A stretch of 64,000 bases of DNA, taken from positions 2,240,001-2,304,000 of the forward strand of contig CAWAIF010000003.1 of assembly GCA_963782055.1 (NCBI GenBank). Reading direction: 5' to 3'. Shown here one piece after another: positions 59,596 to 64,000 of the stretch. The stretch's first letter is position 1, and each line of letters begins with the position of its first letter. This stretch comes from an uncultured delta proteobacterium. GTDB taxonomy: Bacteria; Myxococcota_A; Polyangia; Polyangiales; Polyangiaceae. The notes beneath the pieces are model-generated. The model worked only from the letters and a program-made list of their open reading frames with translations. It made no database searches and was not told the DNA's origin. A program made the position numbers and the translations under genes.

Positions 59596-60654
59596 ATGCA
59601 GCCGTTCACCTCGCTCGCTCGGTTCGCCGGCCTCGCCGTCGTGTTCGCGTCGGTGCCGGCCGGCGCGACGCCTCCGCTCGCCGTCCGGGGCACGCCCCGC
59701 ACGAGCGCGGCCGCCGTCTCCGCCGCCTCCGCGCGGCTCGAGCGCATGCTCGCGACGGCGCCGCGCATCGCGGAGAACATGCGGGCCGATGGCGACGAGG
59801 TGCACGTCTTCGGCACGGATGAGGCCGTCACCGACCTCCCCGAGCTGCGGCATCGCCGCGGGCTGCGCGCGGGGACGCAGCGGTGGGAGCAGCGCTACCG
59901 AGGCGGCGAGGCGCTCGGTCGCTTCGCCGAATGCGGCGCGCACAACCTGCTCGCGCTCCCGCGCGATCCATACCCTGCAGGCTACGACGTCTGCTCGCAC
60001 GAGATCGCGCACGTCGTATTCGACGTGGGGCTCGACGCGCGTCTGCGCGCCAGAGTCGTCGCGCGATACCACGCGGCGCTGCGCGCCGGCCTCTGGCGCG
60101 GCATGTACGCGGCGAAGAGCGTCGACGAGTTCTTCGCCGAGACGTCGATGCGCTACTTCGACCTGTCACACGACACGCGCCCGCGCGCCCCGTCGCTTCA
60201 CCTCGGCGCGGCGGCGCTCCGCGCCTACGACCCCGAGACGTTCTCGTTGCTCGACGACATTTACCGCGGCCGGCTGGTGCCCGCGCGCACGAGTCGCCGC
60301 GTGCTCGCGCCGCTGGGACGTGTCGCCGCGCGAGCTGCGCGCTCCCACGCCGGCGTCGTGCCGAGCACGCTGTGGCTCGAGAACGCCTCGTCCGCCACGC
60401 TGCGATGGGCGCGCGTGGACGCGGGCGGCGGGATCCTGGTCGCGCCGCACGCGACGCCGGCCGGCACGATTGACACGCCTGGCGGTGCCATCGGTGACGT
60501 CATCACGGTGATCGACGAGGCCTCTCGCGCGCGCGTGGCGACGGTCGTCCTCGCCGACGTGCCGGGCTCGCTGCGCATCACCGACCGGATGGTGCGCGCC
60601 GCCGCAAAAGACACCGACGGCGTCCCGCGCGTGCACGTGCCCCTTCCGTTCTGA
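59596..60654 (+). CDS. Secreted zinc metallopeptidase (anthrax LF/MtfA-like HExxH)
   Basis: HEIAH...YAAKSVDEFFAE...L.AYDP. Confidence 0.8.
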   Translation: MQPFTSLARFAGLAVVFASVPAGATPPLAVRGTPRTSAAAVSAASARLERMLATAPRIAENMRADGDEVHVFGTDEAVTDLPELRHRRGLRAGTQRWEQRYRGGEALGRFAECGAHNLLALPRDPYPAGYDVCSHEIAHVVFDVGLDARLRARVVARYHAALRAGLWRGMYAAKSVDEFFAETSMRYFDLSHDTRPRAPSLHLGAAALRAYDPETFSLLDDIYRGRLVPARTSRRVLAPLGRVAARAARSHAGVVPSTLWLENASSATLRWARVDAGGGILVAPHATPAGTIDTPGGAIGDVITVIDEASRARVATVVLADVPGSLRITDRMVRAAAKDTDGVPRVHVPLPF

Positions 60655-60774
60655 CGGAAGTTGCGCGCGCCTCGGCTCGGGACACGTCGCGCGATCCAGG
60701 AACATCGCGCGCCCACCAGCAGCCACGCGCCCAGCGCCAACGACGTCGTGCTCCGCGGCGTCGCGGATCGTGCA

Positions 60775-61257
60775 TCACCCGCGGTGGGCCTCCTCCAGGG
60801 TCGCCAGGTCGATCTTGACCATCTTCATGAGGGCGTCGCTGACGCGCCGGGACCGCGTGCGATCGGGGTCGCTCATGAGCTCCCCCAGCTTCGCCGGGAT
60901 GATCTGCCAGCGCACGCCGAACCGGTCGATCAGCCAGCCGCACGCCTGCGCCTTGCCGCCGCCCTCGAGGAGGCCATCCCAGTAGCGGTCGAGCTCTGCC
61001 TGGTCCGCGCACGTGACGACGAGGGAGATGGCGTCGTTGAAGTCGTGGTGTGGCCCCGCGGACATCGCCTGGAAGCGCTGCCCGAAGAGGGTGAAGTCGA
61101 CGACCTTCACCGAGCCGCCGGGGCCGCTCGGCGAGTCGCTGAGCATGGCGCTCACGTGGTCGACGTGCGAGTCGGGGAAGAGCGACGCGTAGAGGCGCGC
61201 CGCCTCCTCTGCGTCCTTCGTGTACCAGAGAAACGGAAAAATCCTCGGCTTGCTCAT
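60775..61257 (-). CDS. VOC family (PhnB / 3-demethylubiquinone-9 3-methyltransferase-like) protein
   Basis: PFLWY, FNDAISL, CGWLIDRFGVRWQI and LMKMVKID motifs. Confidence 0.9.
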   Translation of the reverse strand: MSKPRIFPFLWYTKDAEEAARLYASLFPDSHVDHVSAMLSDSPSGPGGSVKVVDFTLFGQRFQAMSAGPHHDFNDAISLVVTCADQAELDRYWDGLLEGGGKAQACGWLIDRFGVRWQIIPAKLGELMSDPDRTRSRRVSDALMKMVKIDLATLEEAHRG

Positions 61258-61441
61258 GCTTGCCTCCACATCACTCATGGGGCATCGCCGGCTCCCCGGC
61301 GTTCATGGGGACGACGATCGCCCCGCACCAGGATCGACACCGGACGGGAAGTTTTGTGGCGGGACGGCCAGCGGACGTGATCGAGTGGCCGACACGCGCC
61401 TTTTGCCTGCTCGCCCGTGTAGTGACCATCTCGAACGGCGT

Positions 61442-62977
61442 CTACCCGTCGGCTTGACGGTGATGCGGGAACGCGAGCGCGGCGATCATCGACTCGACGA
61501 GCCGGCTCCGCGTCTCGCCGTGGGGTTCGCCGAGCTCCGAGGGGACCGGCCGCGCCGCGCGCACGTCGCGCAGGAGCGCGGCGACGGCCTCGGCGCGCGC
61601 GACGTCGATCGCGGCGTTCTCCTCGGCGTCGAGGCGCGCGCGGCACCACGCGTCCACGTCGCGCGCGAGCTCGGCGTGGCGCGTCTCGTCGATCGCGATG
61701 CCGTTCATCGTCCGGCGGAGTCGCGCGCTCGCCGCGTGAAGGGCCTGGTGGGTCGCGACGAGGGCGGCCCAGGTCTCGAGGAGGCAGCCTTCGACCGCGT
61801 TCTCCAAGGCCACGGCGAAGAGCGGGCGCACGGGCAGATCGCCGACCGTCGGCCCCACGAGCGCGGCGTCGTCGCTGCCCGCGCGGCGGGCGAGCGCCCG
61901 CATCGTCGCGGCGTGGCGCACCTCGTCGCGGCGCGCCCGCTCGGCCCGCGCGACGAGCGTGCGGTCCGCGCCATGGTGCAGAAGCTCGCGCGCGAGGCGA
62001 TCGAACGCCGGCACGGAGACCGCTTCGAGCTTGGCGGCGCGTGCGAAGTAAGCGGCCGGCGTGGACGCCTCGCCGGCGACCGTCACGCCTTCGGGGCGGC
62101 GGCCGAGCGGCATCATCCGCTCGCACTGCGTCGGCGTCGTGGTGACCACGGTCCGGCCGGTCTCGGCGAAGACGCCCTTGCGCGAGAGGTGGACGAGTCG
62201 GCGAACCGTCTGCGCCGTCCCGCTCCCGAACTGGCCGTGGCAGTCGTCGCCCGTGGTCGTGACGACGAAGGAGAACCCGTCGGCGTCGGTGTCGAACGTC
62301 GCCCCGGCGAGATCGTAGCCCGCGAGCCACAGCGCGATGGCGGCGAGCTGCCCGGTCGTGATGTTGCCACCGACGGCGTCGGCGAAGTCCTTCGACCACG
62401 GCTGATCGGTGGTGTACTGCGGCGGCGAGTCGACGACCTTGCCTGCGCGCACCTGGATGAAGCGCCGCCCGTTCGCGAAGCGCGTGAGGGCGGTGTGGAG
62501 CTCGGCGCTCGCGTCGCGCCGGCCGACCGACGCGAGCACGAGACCGTCGACGCGCGGTCCCCTGGCGCCGCCGAACGACGCTTCCCTGTCGCCGGCGGCG
62601 CGCAGCGCGGCGAACGTCGCGCCCGGCGGAAGACGCGTGAGGACCGGTGTGCCGTTTGCCTGGAGCGCCACCCGATGGCGGAGCGCGAGCGGCGCCTGGG
62701 GGAGGGTGACCGGAGCGGGCGTCGCGCCGGCGTCCACGACGCGCACGGTTGCGGTCGCGCTTGCGGTCGCGCTCGCGCTCGCGGTCGCGGTCGGGGCGGG
62801 GGCGGCCGAGGCCTCGCCCGGAGCTCCCGCGTCGACGGAGGGCGCCGCGGAGACTTCCGGCGGTGGCGCGACCGCGCCGCCTGGAGGCGTGCGGACCTCG
62901 GCCTCGTTCTGTCCGGCGCCGCACGCCGCGTCGACGACCAAGAGGACAAAGAGCGCTCGAAGCCGTGCGGATCGCAT
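61442..62977 (-). CDS. Secreted/lipoprotein with C-terminal ferritin-like domain
   Basis: GRRP, LEAVSVPAF..L..EL, DEVRH, ENAVEGC..ET and DETRH motifs. Confidence 0.85.
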   Translation of the reverse strand: MRSARLRALFVLLVVDAACGAGQNEAEVRTPPGGAVAPPPEVSAAPSVDAGAPGEASAAPAPTATASASATASATATVRVVDAGATPAPVTLPQAPLALRHRVALQANGTPVLTRLPPGATFAALRAAGDREASFGGARGPRVDGLVLASVGRRDASAELHTALTRFANGRRFIQVRAGKVVDSPPQYTTDQPWSKDFADAVGGNITTGQLAAIALWLAGYDLAGATFDTDADGFSFVVTTTGDDCHGQFGSGTAQTVRRLVHLSRKGVFAETGRTVVTTTPTQCERMMPLGRRPEGVTVAGEASTPAAYFARAAKLEAVSVPAFDRLARELLHHGADRTLVARAERARRDEVRHAATMRALARRAGSDDAALVGPTVGDLPVRPLFAVALENAVEGCLLETWAALVATHQALHAASARLRRTMNGIAIDETRHAELARDVDAWCRARLDAEENAAIDVARAEAVAALLRDVRAARPVPSELGEPHGETRSRLVESMIAALAFPHHRQADG

Positions 62978-63217
62978 GCGCGTTCGACGAGTGAGGGCAC
63001 CACCCATTCACGGGACTCTACGCGCGAAAGGCTCGTCCCGCGGCTGAAACGGCGGCGAGCTACGCGTCGGACGCGTGGGCTCTCGGGTGCGTGAAGCGCC
63101 CGGCTCCAATCCCGTCTCCGTGATCAGACTATCGTCGATGCCTCGCAGTCCGATCGATCGAATGAGATTCGGTGAACCTGCCCCGGCGATCGCGATATGG
63201 TTTCCCCAACTCCCCAC

Positions 63218-63994
63218 ATGGACCGCTCCGAAAGATCTCGCCTTCCGCTCGTACGGACCGGCGCCGGGCGCCTCGGCGTGTTCCGGGTGGTCGCGGTCGT
63301 CGCGCTGTGCGGCGCGTGTGACAAGAAGCTCCCGCCACCGCCGGAGCTGAGTCACCCGGACGCGTCGTCGGCGTCCGCCGTCTCCGAGACGACGCCGAAG
63401 TTCGCGCTCTACGGGGAGTTCGCCGCCACCGCACGCGCGACGGATCCCGAGGCGCTCCCGGCCGGCGACGTCGCCCGCGCGAAGGGCCGGCGCGTGGCGC
63501 CCATCGAGCGGCGCGTCCAGCAGACGTGGTCGGCCGCGGACCAGGCGCGCATCGACAACGGATCGCCGCAGGTCCGCGCGCTCGTGGGCGCGCTCACGAA
63601 GCCTCGGGCGCCGTTCTGCGCGACGGGCGGGTGGAGCGCGTGCGTCGGGAAGCCGTGGTACGCGGACAACCCGAGCGACGCGGGCATCGTGCTCTACGTC
63701 GACCGCAAGAGCGCCCCCGCGGGGACGTACCACTTCGCCGGATCGAGCGCGCGTCTGGCGACCGGATACGAGACCGTCCTCCAGTTCACCGCGGTCCTCG
63801 TCCCCGAGAACGTGCGCGTCGCGCGCTGGGCGCGCTACTGCCCGCCGCCGTTGGAGACCTCCGCGATCGGCGGCAGAGCGCTCATGCAGGTCGGCGCGCT
63901 CACCCAGTCGGCGTCGGACGCGGACATGGCCGCGCTCACGTCGGGCGAGGCGCCGAAGGGCGACTTCCCGCTGAGCGCACCAGATGCGGGGTGA
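63218..63994 (+). CDS. Hypothetical lipoprotein
   Basis: VVAVVALCGAC lipobox; ends PDAG. Confidence 0.65.
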   Translation: MDRSERSRLPLVRTGAGRLGVFRVVAVVALCGACDKKLPPPPELSHPDASSASAVSETTPKFALYGEFAATARATDPEALPAGDVARAKGRRVAPIERRVQQTWSAADQARIDNGSPQVRALVGALTKPRAPFCATGGWSACVGKPWYADNPSDAGIVLYVDRKSAPAGTYHFAGSSARLATGYETVLQFTAVLVPENVRVARWARYCPPPLETSAIGGRALMQVGALTQSASDADMAALTSGEAPKGDFPLSAPDAG

Positions 63995-64000
63995 CGTGTC

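Noticed and set aside
1..64000. CRISPR array, integron attC array, rRNA or tRNA
   Set aside because: No regularly spaced repeat-spacer series, cas or intI genes, or recognisable structural RNA genes seen by eye.

Overview
Very GC-rich accessory region. The gene content (many Cys-rich 'DAG'-repeat lipoproteins) suggests Myxococcota/Polyangiales, by inference. No rRNA, tRNA or CRISPR array was seen. Three things dominate. (1) A defence-like island at about 3.8-16.5 kb: DUF2130, RHH, DUF4365 nuclease, histone-like protein, then XRE-HTH, a UG/Abi(DRT)-type reverse transcriptase and an orphan DISARM DrmD-like SNF2 helicase. The RT's catalytic motif reads HVDN instead of YxDD, and a predicted structured leader precedes it. 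(2) Many mobile elements: an IS21 with 6-bp TSD, an IS4-family element with 10-bp TSD, an unclassified DDE IS, a Mu-like DDE plus ExeA-ATPase element, a class C group II intron with a frameshifted maturase, and scattered IS91/ISCR-like rolling-circle transposase pieces. The IS91-like pieces include a duplicated ~1.5-kb unit carrying the 5' end of uvrA and a hairpin-locked DUF559 gene. (3) Large secreted proteins coupled to small lipoproteins (S53 and S8 proteases, RCC1, PQQ-propeller, FGE). Several have simple-sequence repeats at their 5' ends, and in both proteases the repeat puts the best start codon out of frame (candidate phase variation, or assembly slippage). Many truncated gene fragments are butted together. 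All family assignments come from motif recognition by eye; no searches were run.
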